DNA of 64,000 nt, from assembly GCA_004321905.1 (NCBI GenBank), contig SCQF01000006.1, forward strand, positions 25,410 through 89,409, read 5' to 3'. Shown here piece after piece: positions 29,715 through 39,046 of this stretch (positions are counted from its first letter, which is position 1; every line of letters begins with the position of its first letter). Origin of the DNA: Verrucomicrobiota bacterium (lineage in GTDB: Bacteria > Verrucomicrobiota > Kiritimatiellia > CAIQIC01). The position numbers and the translations under genes were made by a program. The notes under the pieces are model-generated. The model was not told the DNA's origin, did not search any database, and saw nothing but the letters and a program-made list of their open reading frames with translations.

Positions 29715-30173
29715 CTAATTGATCATGGAAAGCAACGTCCGCACTTGACCAAGCCCATTCTGTTGCCTAACGACTAATTGTTTCCGCACGGGATTGTTTT
29801 CGATATAGCGAACAATGTCCACCACGGATTCTCCGGAGCGCACCTTGTGATCGTGAAAGCCGGTTTGCCATAGCAAACGGCCCAGTTTCCGGGAATTGAA
29901 AGAGGCGTGACGACAGAGGGCGAGGACAACCTGCGGCAAAGTTTTCTTCGCCTGTAAGGAAAGTAAGGCGTGCCAGTGGTCCGGCATCACCACAAAAGCG
30001 TGCAATAGCAGCCAACCTTGTGCGCGCCCATACAAAAAGGCCTTAACGACATCATCGCGTTGTACAGTTGTTAATTGGGAAGGAGTCTGGACACACTTGG
30101 TAACATAATAGAGACCCCACGCTTGCGAAAAACGTCCACGCCGTAATGCGCGTTGATGGGCCTCTAAGTTCAT
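29715..30173 (-). CDS. REP-associated tyrosine transposase (RAYT; IS200/IS605-like HuH transposase)
   Basis: 152 aa with the HuH motif (PDHWHALLS) and a downstream Tyr region. It is flanked on both sides by GTAGGAG... hairpins. Confidence 0.65.
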   Translation of the reverse strand: MNLEAHQRALRRGRFSQAWGLYYVTKCVQTPSQLTTVQRDDVVKAFLYGRAQGWLLLHAFVVMPDHWHALLSLQAKKTLPQVVLALCRHASFNSRKLGRLLWQTGFHDHKVRSGESVVDIVRYIENNPVRKQLVVRQQNGLGQVRTLLSMIN

Positions 30174-30183
30174 AGCCTAGTTT

Positions 30184-30262
30184 GTAGGAGTCCTGCCCCG
30201 CAGGACGAACAGCAAAGATAACGCAAGCATATCGCCCGGCGGAGCCGGGCTCCTACCCAAAC
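30184..30262. repeat. GTAG-type REP-like hairpin (right flank of RAYT)
   Basis: GTAGGAGTCCTGCCCCGCAGGAC...ATCGCCCGGCGGAGCCGGGCTCCTAC shares the GTAGGAG/CTCCTAC termini with the 29601-29662 element. Confidence 0.45.
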
Positions 30263-30272
30263 ATATTCAATC

Positions 30273-31055
30273 CTAACTAATCTTCTCCTGGATACGTTTA
30301 ACCTTTGTGGCGAAGCCGGTCTTTTCGTCCACGGTCACCAGCAGGCCCTCGAAGCGCACATCGCCGGTGGCAACCTCGAATTGCTGCGGCATACCGGTCA
30401 GGAATTTTTTCAGTACCGCACCGACGTCGCGGCCCAGTACTGAATCTTTCGGACCGGTCATCCCGAGATCGGTCAGGTAGGCGGTGCCTTTGGGCAAAAT
30501 GGCGTCGTCAGCGGTTTGCACATGGGTGTGTGTGCCAACGACGACACTGACACGACCATCGAGATAGCGGCCCATCGCGATTTTTTCCGAGGTTGCTTCG
30601 GCATGCATATCCACAACAATGATTTTGCCGAGATCGGCGCTGCCGCGCTGCAAAATCGCGTCGGCGGCGCGAAACGGGCAGTCGCTGGGCGGCATAAACG
30701 TACGGCCTTGGAGCGACATGACGGTGACTTTACCGAGCGGCGTCTCGAACGTGCTCCAACCGCGCCCGGGACAGGTCGGCGCATAGTTGGCGGGACGCAC
30801 GAGGCGTGGCTCGCGGTCGAGCGCCTTGACGATTTCCCGTTGATCCCAAACGTGATCACCAAGTGTGAGCGCATCAGCGCCGGCGGCGAAGAGCGCCTCG
30901 GCGAGCGGCATGGTGATACCGCGGCCACCGGCGGCATTTTCGGCATTACCGATGACAAAGTCTACCTGGCCCGCCTGTTTCATCCGTCCAGCAACGGCAG
31001 CAAAGGCGAGCCGCCCCGGCCCGCCGACAATATCGCCTGCAATCAAAATGTTCAT
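30273..31055 (-). CDS. ymdB: YmdB-like metallophosphoesterase (2',3'-cyclic-nucleotide phosphodiesterase family)
   Basis: MNILIAGDIVGGPGR...GNAENAAGGRGIT...GDHVWDQ...GTHTHVQTAD is the calcineurin-like fold of the TIGR00282/YmdB family. It lies directly downstream of rny, as in Bacillus. Confidence 0.7.
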   Translation of the reverse strand: MNILIAGDIVGGPGRLAFAAVAGRMKQAGQVDFVIGNAENAAGGRGITMPLAEALFAAGADALTLGDHVWDQREIVKALDREPRLVRPANYAPTCPGRGWSTFETPLGKVTVMSLQGRTFMPPSDCPFRAADAILQRGSADLGKIIVVDMHAEATSEKIAMGRYLDGRVSVVVGTHTHVQTADDAILPKGTAYLTDLGMTGPKDSVLGRDVGAVLKKFLTGMPQQFEVATGDVRFEGLLVTVDEKTGFATKVKRIQEKIS

Positions 31056-31070
31056 CTGGTTCCTTTAAGT

Positions 31071-32642
31071 TCAGTGTGCGTATTCCACAAAACGCGTCTC
31101 GCGCACCACGACGACGCGAATTTGCCCTGGATATTTCAGTTCGTACTCGATTTGACGGGTTAGTTCGCGGGCCAGCTTGAGCGCGGCAGCATCGTCCACC
31201 ATGCGCGGCTCAACAAACACGCGGATTTCTCGGCCCGCTTGAAAGGCAAAGGCTTTTTCCACGCCGGGTTGACGCATGGCCAGCGCTTCCAATTCCGCCA
31301 AACGTTGAATAAACAACTCGGTATTCTCCGCGCGTGCCCCAGGCCGGGCCGCCGTGATGGCGTCCGCCGCGCTGGCCAGCGCCGAATAGAGATTGTCGCC
31401 CTCGGTTTCGTGGTGATGCGCCGCGACCGCGCTATAGACCACCGCGGCTTCGCCATGCCGTTTGAGAAAATCCGCACCAATGACCGCATGATTACCTTCG
31501 ACTTCATGATCGAGCGCCTTGCCAATATCGTGAAACAATCCGACGCGTTTGGCGAGGGCCGGATCAAGCCCGAGATCGGGGGCCATCAACCCCATCAGGC
31601 GCGCGGTTTCTACGGAATGTGCGAGCACATTTTGAGCGTAGCTCTGCCGAAATTTCAGACGCCCGAGTAGCCGCGTGATTTCTGGCACAACAGGCTGAAG
31701 CCCCAGCTCCGTCACAGCCTGTTCAGCGGCCTTTAGCATGATGTCGTCGAGTTCCGTTCGGACTTTGGTGGATATTTCCTCGATACGCGCAGGTTGAATG
31801 CGCCCGTCGGCAACCAGTTGCTCCAGCGTCTGCCGCGCCACTTCGCGCCGGATCGGATCGAAACTCGAAACCTGCACCACGCCCGGCGTGTCATCAATAA
31901 TGATTTGCACGCCGCACACCTGCTCGATGGTGCGGATATTGCGCCCCTCACGCCCAATGATGCGTCCTTTCATTTCCTCGCCCGGCAGGGTGACGCTACA
32001 CACCGCCGCCTCGTTCACCACCGGCGCGGCATAGCGCTCAATCGCCTGCAAAATGATCGTCCGCGCCTCAGCGACGGCCGTCGCGTGAGCTTCCTGCTGA
32101 CTGCGACGAATGATCTGGTTGGTTTCGCCACGCAGTTCTTCTTCCATCTGCTGCAGCAACAGACGCCGTGCTTCCTCGCGGGGCAACGTCGCCCGTTCCT
32201 CCAATCTGGTCTGAAGGGCAGCGTTCAACTTTTGCGCCTCTACCTCCGCGTTTTTTAACGCCGACTGCTGTTGCTCCACGTTGTCCATTTTCTCATCAAG
32301 CGTCTGTTCCTTCCGATCCACCACCCCCACGCGCCGGTCGAGGTTGATCTCGCGCTGCATCAAGCGTTCTTCCGTCACCGCGATTTCCTTCCGGCGGGTC
32401 TGCATCTCGTGCTCAAACACCTCGCGGGCCTTCATGATTTCATTGCGCGCCAGAATTTCGGCTTCGCGCGCCACGTTGCCGGCGTCACGCTGTGCTTGCT
32501 CCTGGATAACCTTCGCTTGATGTACCGCCGCGCTACCGCGCGCCCGGTCATAGATCATGTGGAGTAGCACGCCGAACAGGATCCCGACGAAAGCGATGCC
32601 GGCCGGCACCCACCAGATAACGTCCACAACCAGATTTTGCAT
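31071..32642 (-). CDS. rny: ribonuclease Y
   Basis: 523 aa with an N-terminal TM helix, coiled coil, KH domain (GRIIGREGRNIRTIEQVCGV) and HD domain (HSVETARLMG...LFHDIGKA). Confidence 0.85.
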   Translation of the reverse strand: MQNLVVDVIWWVPAGIAFVGILFGVLLHMIYDRARGSAAVHQAKVIQEQAQRDAGNVAREAEILARNEIMKAREVFEHEMQTRRKEIAVTEERLMQREINLDRRVGVVDRKEQTLDEKMDNVEQQQSALKNAEVEAQKLNAALQTRLEERATLPREEARRLLLQQMEEELRGETNQIIRRSQQEAHATAVAEARTIILQAIERYAAPVVNEAAVCSVTLPGEEMKGRIIGREGRNIRTIEQVCGVQIIIDDTPGVVQVSSFDPIRREVARQTLEQLVADGRIQPARIEEISTKVRTELDDIMLKAAEQAVTELGLQPVVPEITRLLGRLKFRQSYAQNVLAHSVETARLMGLMAPDLGLDPALAKRVGLFHDIGKALDHEVEGNHAVIGADFLKRHGEAAVVYSAVAAHHHETEGDNLYSALASAADAITAARPGARAENTELFIQRLAELEALAMRQPGVEKAFAFQAGREIRVFVEPRMVDDAAALKLARELTRQIEYELKYPGQIRVVVVRETRFVEYAH

Positions 32643-32716
32643 GGTTCACCTCCGGCGTCCACCGCCGGGCTTGTTCCGTCCGTTTTTAGTTGCACCGCCG
32701 CCGGGTGTTGCGCCGG

Positions 32717-32770
32717 TCTTCCAAGGCTTGGAAAACCCGGACGGTCGTTTTTCCAACCCTTGGAACTTTT
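32717..32770. repeat. paired palindromic element, rny / MTHFS intergenic
   Basis: TCTTCCAAGGCTTGGAAAAC, 10-bp spacer, then GTTTTTCCAACCCTTGGAACTTTT. Confidence 0.8.
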
Positions 32771-32792
32771 AGTTTCACGTCCGCGCACCCCG

Positions 32793-33398
32793 TCATGCGC
32801 GGAGATAAATTTCTTTTTCCGTCACCACGGCATCCATCAGCACATCGTGGGCTGCCACCGGCACGCGCGCCACAATCTGTACCGCAAAACCCAAGCCGAT
32901 TTTATAGGCAGCGAGACTTTCCAGCAAACGATCCAGCCACCCGCGACCGTGGCCGAGCCGGTGGCCCTTCGCATCAAACGCCAAGCCCGGAACCAGCGCC
33001 ACGTCCACGGTTTCCGGTTGTGCAACCCAGACCGGCTCGGCCGGTTCTGGAATCTGCAAACGGCCGGCCGCCAATATATCGTTGGCCGTCAGCCAGGCCA
33101 GCCGATAGCAGCCCGCGCGGTTGTCGAAGGCCGGCACGCACACCCGCTGGCCCAGCCGGTGGCAAGCGGTCAGGATCGGCGCGGTCTGCACTTCGCCCGG
33201 CAACGCCAGATAGAGCGCGATCACTTTTGCGCGGCGGAATTTTTCCAAGCCTTGGACGCGCTCCGCGATTTGCGCGCTCCACACCGCCACGTCGTCCAAA
33301 TTCAGTTGGGCACGAAGCGCGCGTGCCTCCGCCCGGACGGTCTTTTTTAACTGCTCTGTTCGGTTTGTTTTCGTGGTGTTTTCCTTAATGACTCCCAA
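32793..33398 (-). CDS. 5-formyltetrahydrofolate cyclo-ligase
   Basis: 201 aa, MTHFS-like (KVIALYLALPGEVQT, VPGLAFDAKGHRLGHGRGWLDR). Confidence 0.65.
   Translation of the reverse strand: MGVIKENTTKTNRTEQLKKTVRAEARALRAQLNLDDVAVWSAQIAERVQGLEKFRRAKVIALYLALPGEVQTAPILTACHRLGQRVCVPAFDNRAGCYRLAWLTANDILAAGRLQIPEPAEPVWVAQPETVDVALVPGLAFDAKGHRLGHGRGWLDRLLESLAAYKIGLGFAVQIVARVPVAAHDVLMDAVVTEKEIYLRA
33238..33257. repeat. single palindromic half-element inside MTHFS CDS
   Basis: AATTTTTCCAAGCCTTGGAC. In frame, where it encodes VQGLEKF. Confidence 0.6.
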
Positions 33399-34678
33399 TG
33401 TGCCATACGCTTGGCGATGGTGTCTTCGTAGCCTTGATCGGTCGGCACGTAATAGACTTTGCTCGTCGGCACATATTCTTGGTCCACAAAATGGCCTGCG
33501 CCATTGTGGGCATATGTGTAACCGGTATGACCGAAGGCCTTGGCCGCCTTCTTCGAGCCGGTGCTGCGCAGCGGACGCGGCACCGGCAGCACGCGGCCTT
33601 CCTTGACATCGCTCATCGCGGCATCAATCGCAAGATAGGACGCGTTGCTCTTCGGCGCGGTCGCCAGATAGGTCGTCGCCTGCGCGAGGATGATGCGCGC
33701 CTCCGGCATGCCGACGAACTCGACACCCGCGAGCGCGCTCGTCGCCACGGTCAGCGCGCGCGGATCGGCATTGCCAATATCCTCGCTCGCCAAGATGATC
33801 AGGCGGCGTGCGACGAAACGCGGGTCCTCGCCCGCGTAGAGCATTTTCGCCAGCCAGTAAACCGCCGCATGCGGATCGCTACCGCGGACACTCTTGATGA
33901 ACGCGGAAATCGTGTCGTAGTGACCATCCTCGTCGTGGTCATAGACAACGGCTTTTTTCTGAATGGATTCTTCGGTCACGGCGCGCGTCAGATGGATGAC
34001 GCCATCCGCGCCCGGCGGCGTGGTCAACGCGGCGATTTCCAAGGCGTTGAGCGCGCGGCGCGCGTCGCCCTCGCAAACGCGGGCGAGATGTTCGAGCGCA
34101 TCACGGTCGGCCCGCACCTTCAGCGCGCCAAGTCCCTCCGTGCTGGTCGTGGCGCGCTCCAGCAACGTGACCACCGCGGCCTCGTTCAATGGTTCGAGTT
34201 CAAAAATTTGCGAACGGGAAGTCAACGGGCTGTTGATGAAAAAAAACGGATTGTGTGTCGTCGCGCCGATCAACGTACAGGCCCCTTCTTCAAGATAAGG
34301 CAACAGCACGTCTTGCTGCGACTTATTGAAGCGGTGGATTTCGTCAATAAAAAGGATCGTCTCGCGGCCGCGGTGCGCTTTTTCCACCTGCGCTTTTTTC
34401 AGCAAATCGCGCAACACCTCGACGCCGGCGAGCACGCCGCTGGTGCGCTCAAAGATGCGGTGCGTGACGTTGGCGATGACCTCGGCCAGCGAGGTCTTAC
34501 CGCAGCCCGGCGGACCATAAAGGATGACGCTGCCGAGCCGGTCAGCTTCGATCGCGCGCCGGAGCAATTTGCCGGGGCCAAGGATATGCTCCTGCCCGAC
34601 CACGTCCTCCAGCGTACGCGGACGCATCCGCGCCGCCAGCGGCTGTCGCCCACTTTTTTGTTCGCCGAACAACTCCAT
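33347..34678 (-). CDS. rarA: replication-associated recombination protein A (AAA+ ATPase)
   Basis: Walker A GPPGCGKTS, Walker B LFIDEIHRFNKSQQD, and the MgsA C-terminal domain. Confidence 0.85.
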   Translation of the reverse strand: MELFGEQKSGRQPLAARMRPRTLEDVVGQEHILGPGKLLRRAIEADRLGSVILYGPPGCGKTSLAEVIANVTHRIFERTSGVLAGVEVLRDLLKKAQVEKAHRGRETILFIDEIHRFNKSQQDVLLPYLEEGACTLIGATTHNPFFFINSPLTSRSQIFELEPLNEAAVVTLLERATTSTEGLGALKVRADRDALEHLARVCEGDARRALNALEIAALTTPPGADGVIHLTRAVTEESIQKKAVVYDHDEDGHYDTISAFIKSVRGSDPHAAVYWLAKMLYAGEDPRFVARRLIILASEDIGNADPRALTVATSALAGVEFVGMPEARIILAQATTYLATAPKSNASYLAIDAAMSDVKEGRVLPVPRPLRSTGSKKAAKAFGHTGYTYAHNGAGHFVDQEYVPTSKVYYVPTDQGYEDTIAKRMAHWESLRKTPRKQTEQSS

Positions 34679-34694
34679 CGCCTACTCCGCAAAG

Positions 34695-34905
34695 AAAAAA
34701 CCCCGCCTTGCCGTCAAGGGCATTGTCTTCTGAACCTCGAATATCGAGGTGGGTGCTCTACCGCTGGTTAAGGCAAGCAATGCAGCTTGCCGCCGCCACC
34801 GGATGCCGAGCTCCCAATGGAGTTAACCATGTAGGGTCAGAAGAATCGGCCCCGTCACGCACAAGGCAGGGTATCTTCGCCCAGAAGCCGCAACTTCAGG
34901 GAGAA
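34695..34905 (-). ncRNA. candidate structured ncRNA (possibly 6S/SsrS-like); identity unproven
   Basis: In the 490-bp non-coding gap between rarA and pheT, a ~36-nt imperfect long-range helix (34702-34737 with 34838-34875) encloses two perfect local hairpins (CCTCGAATATCGAGG and GGCAAGCAATGCAGCTTGCC). An MTHFS gene lies downstream on the same strand, the classic ssrS-ygfA linkage. Confidence 0.3.
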
Positions 34906-35140
34906 TCAAAGCCCCTCTGAAAAAGAACCACGGCCATAGGCCTCGCCCCAACGCTCCCGCAACCGGCGCTGACGCAACGCCCGCCGACCGGTGATGAACC
35001 GGCCCTCCGCTACGCACACGCGTGGATGCAAACCCCACGCCAGCACTGTCGCCAACAGGAACGCCAGCGGAACCATCATTTCAATCCATGTCATCAGCAT
35101 GGGACTTGTCTGCCTTGTAAATTTAACTTTTCCATACCGC

Positions 35141-35160
35141 CTTCCCACCCTTGGAAACCC
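35141..35160. repeat. degenerate palindromic element downstream of pheT
   Basis: CTTCCCACCCTTGGAAACCC. A weak match; only the TTGGAAA arm is intact. Confidence 0.3.
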
Positions 35161-35165
35161 TTGTT

Positions 35166-37577
35166 TCAACCTTCGCGGATTTCCACGCCCAGTTCCCGCT
35201 TCACGGCTTCCTTGACCCCCACATGATACCGGTTGGCGTCTTCATCTGTCAAGGTGCGATCCGCGGCGCGGTACGTGCAGGCGTAAGCCATGCTTTTCCG
35301 ACCCGCGCCCAAATTCCCACCATGGAATATATCGAATAATTCGACGTTTTCCAGTTCCGCCGGCGCGGCTTGGCGAACCACCCGCACCACATCTTCATGC
35401 TTGAGCGCATCGCTGGCGACCAGCGCCATGTCGCGGCGTATGGCAGGGAATTGCGCGATGGGCACCGCACGCGGCACGGCGAACACGTTCGCCAGTAACG
35501 GCGCGAGTTGCGCTTCGAGCACCGCCACCGGTGCGGTCAGCCGCCATTCACACGCAATACCGTGTTTGACGACGCCTAGCGCGCCAACTCCCACCCCATT
35601 CACCAACAACGCGACGGTGCAGCCCGGCTCGCCCCACGGCCGCTCCGCGACGCGGCATTCAGCTTTTTTCAATCCAAGCGCGACGGCGAGCGCTTCCCAG
35701 ACACCTTTGAGCCACAAGAAAATTTCATCGCTCTTGATCGGCAAATGCTTGTCGAGACCGGTACGACCAACCGGCCCCATCAGACCAATCGCCAAACGAT
35801 CCTCCTCGATCATCGCGCCGCTGGCGTCGAGCGCGAACACGCGACCGATTTCGAACAGCGCAGCCTCGGCGACCTGCCGCGCGTGGTTGCGACCCAGCGT
35901 CTCGACCATCTGCGGCACGAGCGAGTCGCGGAGGATCGCTTGATCGGCGCTGACCGGATTCGGAATCACCACACGGCGTGGCGCCGCCGCCGGATCGAAA
36001 AGATTGAGCAACCTCTCGGAAAGAAAACTATAGTTCAGCGTCTCGCGCAGGCCGAGACCGACAAGCGCACGCCGGCCCCATGCAATAGCTTGGGCCGGAC
36101 GATCATCCACGCCGGGCACGAGAATCGCGCGCGGCGCCGGCGCGGGGATTTGATCGAGGCCATGAATGCGCGCGACTTCTTCAACGAGGTCAATCTCACG
36201 CTCCAGATCGCGGCGAAACGTCGGTATACCCACCGCATACGCACCATTTTCCAAGCTTTGGACGGACATTTCCAAGCCTTGGAAAATCGCCCGAATCTGT
36301 TCGTCGGAAATTTCCAAACCCGTCCGGTCACGGATGTAATCGCCGCGACAATGCAACACGCGCGGCGGCGCCGGCTGGGCATAAAGATCGAGGACACCCG
36401 GCGCACACGTCGCACCGGCCAATTCCGTCATCAGCATCACGGCACGGCGGCTCGCCCAATCAACTGTGGCCGGGTTCACCCCGCGCTCAAACCGATAAGA
36501 CGATTCCGTGGAAAGGCCCAAGCTACGCGCCGTGGTGCGAACATCGGAGGGCTTGAACGCGGCACCCTCCAAGAGCACCGTCGTGGTCGCAGGGCGAATT
36601 TCGCTGTTGCCGCCACCCATCACACCAGCAACGGCGACCGCTTGCCGGGCATCGGCAATGACGAGCGTCGTTGGGTTCAATTCGCGTTCGACGCCATCAA
36701 GCGTTTTCATCTTCTCACCGGCGCGCGCACGACGAACAACAATCCGGCCTTCCGCGAGTAGCGTCTGATCGAACGCGTGCAGCGGGTGTCCGCACTCGAG
36801 CATGACGTAATTGGTGATATCCACGACGTTGTTGATCGCACGAATACCGGCGAGTTCCAGCCGCTTTTGCATCCACGTGGGCGATGCCCCCATCTTCACG
36901 CCATGCAGAATGCGTGCGGTGTAACGCGGACAGCCTTCGGCCTCTTCAACCACGACATGCGTCAACTCGGCCACCGGTTTGCCGGATTCGGCGAGCTTGA
37001 TCTCCGGTATGCGAAGTTTCGTGCCGTAGAGCGCGGCGACTTCGCGTGCGATGCCGATCAGACTCAAACAGTCGGGCCGATTCGGCGTCACTTCCAGTTC
37101 GAGTACGGTTTCCGGCGCGCCGAGGACTTCGGCAATCGGTGTGCCGGGGGCCCACTTGGCATCGAGTTCCAACAGGCCGGCATGATCCTTCGAGAGGCCG
37201 AGTTCGTCCGGCGCGCAAAGCATACCTTCGGAAAAAACACCGCGAATCTTGGCTTTTTTCAGTGTCAGCCCATTCGGCAGCGTCACGCCCGACGGCGCAA
37301 ACAGCGCCTTCAGGCCGACGCGCGCATTCGGCGCGCCGCACACCACCACGAGTTGGCCCGCGCCATGATTGACGGTGCACAGCGTCAGTTTGTCGGCGTT
37401 CGGATGACGCTCCACTTGGAGAATTTCGCCAACGACGATGCCCTTCGCATCGCAGCCGATGGTTTCGAGGTGCTCGACCTCCAAGCCGGAAAAGGTCAGC
37501 TTCGCCGCCAACCCTTGGGGCGTATCGGCAAAATCCACATAATCCTTCAGCCAACTGATCGGTACACGCATGTCCAT
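35166..37577 (-). CDS. pheT: phenylalanine--tRNA ligase beta subunit
   Basis: 803 aa with tRNA-binding OB, B3/B4, B5 and FDX-ACB domains (MDMRVPISWLKDYVD...). Two adjacent palindromic half-sites lie in frame at 36247-36288. Confidence 0.9.
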   Translation of the reverse strand: MDMRVPISWLKDYVDFADTPQGLAAKLTFSGLEVEHLETIGCDAKGIVVGEILQVERHPNADKLTLCTVNHGAGQLVVVCGAPNARVGLKALFAPSGVTLPNGLTLKKAKIRGVFSEGMLCAPDELGLSKDHAGLLELDAKWAPGTPIAEVLGAPETVLELEVTPNRPDCLSLIGIAREVAALYGTKLRIPEIKLAESGKPVAELTHVVVEEAEGCPRYTARILHGVKMGASPTWMQKRLELAGIRAINNVVDITNYVMLECGHPLHAFDQTLLAEGRIVVRRARAGEKMKTLDGVERELNPTTLVIADARQAVAVAGVMGGGNSEIRPATTTVLLEGAAFKPSDVRTTARSLGLSTESSYRFERGVNPATVDWASRRAVMLMTELAGATCAPGVLDLYAQPAPPRVLHCRGDYIRDRTGLEISDEQIRAIFQGLEMSVQSLENGAYAVGIPTFRRDLEREIDLVEEVARIHGLDQIPAPAPRAILVPGVDDRPAQAIAWGRRALVGLGLRETLNYSFLSERLLNLFDPAAAPRRVVIPNPVSADQAILRDSLVPQMVETLGRNHARQVAEAALFEIGRVFALDASGAMIEEDRLAIGLMGPVGRTGLDKHLPIKSDEIFLWLKGVWEALAVALGLKKAECRVAERPWGEPGCTVALLVNGVGVGALGVVKHGIACEWRLTAPVAVLEAQLAPLLANVFAVPRAVPIAQFPAIRRDMALVASDALKHEDVVRVVRQAAPAELENVELFDIFHGGNLGAGRKSMAYACTYRAADRTLTDEDANRYHVGVKEAVKRELGVEIREG
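36247..36288. repeat. two abutting palindromic half-elements inside pheT CDS
   Basis: TTTTCCAAGCTTTGGAC and ATTTCCAAGCCTTGGAAAATC with no spacer between them. In frame, where they encode FQGLEMSVQSLENG. Confidence 0.7.
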
Positions 37578-37582
37578 TCCTC

Positions 37583-39043
37583 GTGAAAAAGCGGCGGCAG
37601 TCTAACGGCTTTCCGCGCCAGATTCAATCGCGGCGCAAATCCGCTGACATCCGACGCTGTTCCCGCTATCTTCGGCCTGTGCCCGAACCACTTCAGCCAC
37701 CTACGCCACTGCTCACCAAAGGCAGCTTGCTGCGCTCGCTGCATCGGCTGGCGATGCCGATGCTGATTGGCGCGGTGCTTAGTAATCTGCAAAGCGTCAT
37801 CAACCTATTTTGGGTGGGGCATCTCGGCGCGAATGCCATCGCGGCGGTCGCGGTAGGCGGCACCATTTTGATGTTGCTGTTCCCGGCGCTGATGGGACTT
37901 TCCACCGGCACGGTAGCGCTGGTGTCGCGCGCCATTGGCGGCGGGCAGCGCGCGGATGCTTCGGCCGCGGCAGGCCAATCGCTGCTGCTCGCGTTGATCT
38001 TCGGCGGCCTGTCCGGCGCGATCGGCTGGCACTATGCCGACACCCTCGCGCGCCTGCTCGGCGTGGAAGCGGCGGTGTTGCCGGACGCCGAAGCCTATCT
38101 GCGGATCAACATGGTTTTCAGCTTCACGCTCTACCTGCAAGTCATCGGTGCGGCCGCCTTGCAAGGCGCGGGCGACGCACGCACGCCGATGTGGGCGGGC
38201 GTCACCGAAAACATTCTTAACATCGTGCTCGACCCACTGCTGATCTACGGCCTCGGCGGCTTCCCGCGGCTCGGCGTCCCCGGCGCGGCGTGGGCTTCGA
38301 TGCTCGCGCAGACCGTCGCCGCAACGATGGTGGTGCGCGGGCTGTTCGCCGAGCGCGCCGCCGTACGCATCGGCTGGCACGAATGGCGCCCCAACCTGAA
38401 ACTAGCCTGGCGCATTCTACGCATCGGCCTGCCCGGCTCCGGCCAAATGCTCACGCGCAGCGTGATGGGCGCGGTGCTGATGCGCATCGTCGCCGGTTGC
38501 GGCACGGCCGCGGTGGCGGCCTATGGTACCGGCCTACGCATCCACATGATCGTGCTCATGCCGGCCTTTTCGCTCGGCGGTGCGGCAGCGACACTTGTCG
38601 GTCAAAATCTCGGCGCGGGCAAACCGGGGCGCGCCCGCGCCGCCGCCTGGCTCGCCACCGGCCTCGACCTGATCTTCATGTTCATCGCGATTTTCGTGAT
38701 GATGACGTTCGCGCCGCATCTCATGCGCCTGTTCAATCACGACCCGGACGTGATCCAAATTGGCGTCGGCTACATGCGCACCGTTTCACCTTTTTATGTT
38801 TTCGCGGCGCTTGGCATCGTGCTCGGACGCGGACTGAACGGCGCAGGCGATACGTTCGGCCCAATGGTCTGTACGATCCTCGCGCTCTGGGGTCTGCAAG
38901 TACCGCTCGCAATCTGGCTGGCGAAAATCGTGCTACCGGCGACGCAAGGCATTTGGTGGGCCATCGGCGCCGCCAGCCTCGCGCACGGCTTGATGATCAC
39001 CGCGTGGTTCGAGGTTGGCCGTTGGAAAAACAGGAAAGTTTGA
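37583..39043 (+). CDS. MATE family efflux transporter
   Basis: 12 TM helices, LRSLHRLAMPMLIGAVLSNLQ... The true start is probably downstream (TTG at 37727 or ATG at 37751), because the first codons overlap the divergent pheT start. Confidence 0.8.
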   Translation: MKKRRQSNGFPRQIQSRRKSADIRRCSRYLRPVPEPLQPPTPLLTKGSLLRSLHRLAMPMLIGAVLSNLQSVINLFWVGHLGANAIAAVAVGGTILMLLFPALMGLSTGTVALVSRAIGGGQRADASAAAGQSLLLALIFGGLSGAIGWHYADTLARLLGVEAAVLPDAEAYLRINMVFSFTLYLQVIGAAALQGAGDARTPMWAGVTENILNIVLDPLLIYGLGGFPRLGVPGAAWASMLAQTVAATMVVRGLFAERAAVRIGWHEWRPNLKLAWRILRIGLPGSGQMLTRSVMGAVLMRIVAGCGTAAVAAYGTGLRIHMIVLMPAFSLGGAAATLVGQNLGAGKPGRARAAAWLATGLDLIFMFIAIFVMMTFAPHLMRLFNHDPDVIQIGVGYMRTVSPFYVFAALGIVLGRGLNGAGDTFGPMVCTILALWGLQVPLAIWLAKIVLPATQGIWWAIGAASLAHGLMITAWFEVGRWKNRKV

Positions 39044-39046
39044 GGC

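Noticed and set aside
34906-35169. 87-aa minus-strand ORF with one hydrophobic helix downstream of pheT
   Set aside because: It overlaps the candidate ncRNA gap and a degenerate repeat copy, has no start context or family resemblance, and is more likely a non-coding 3-prime region.
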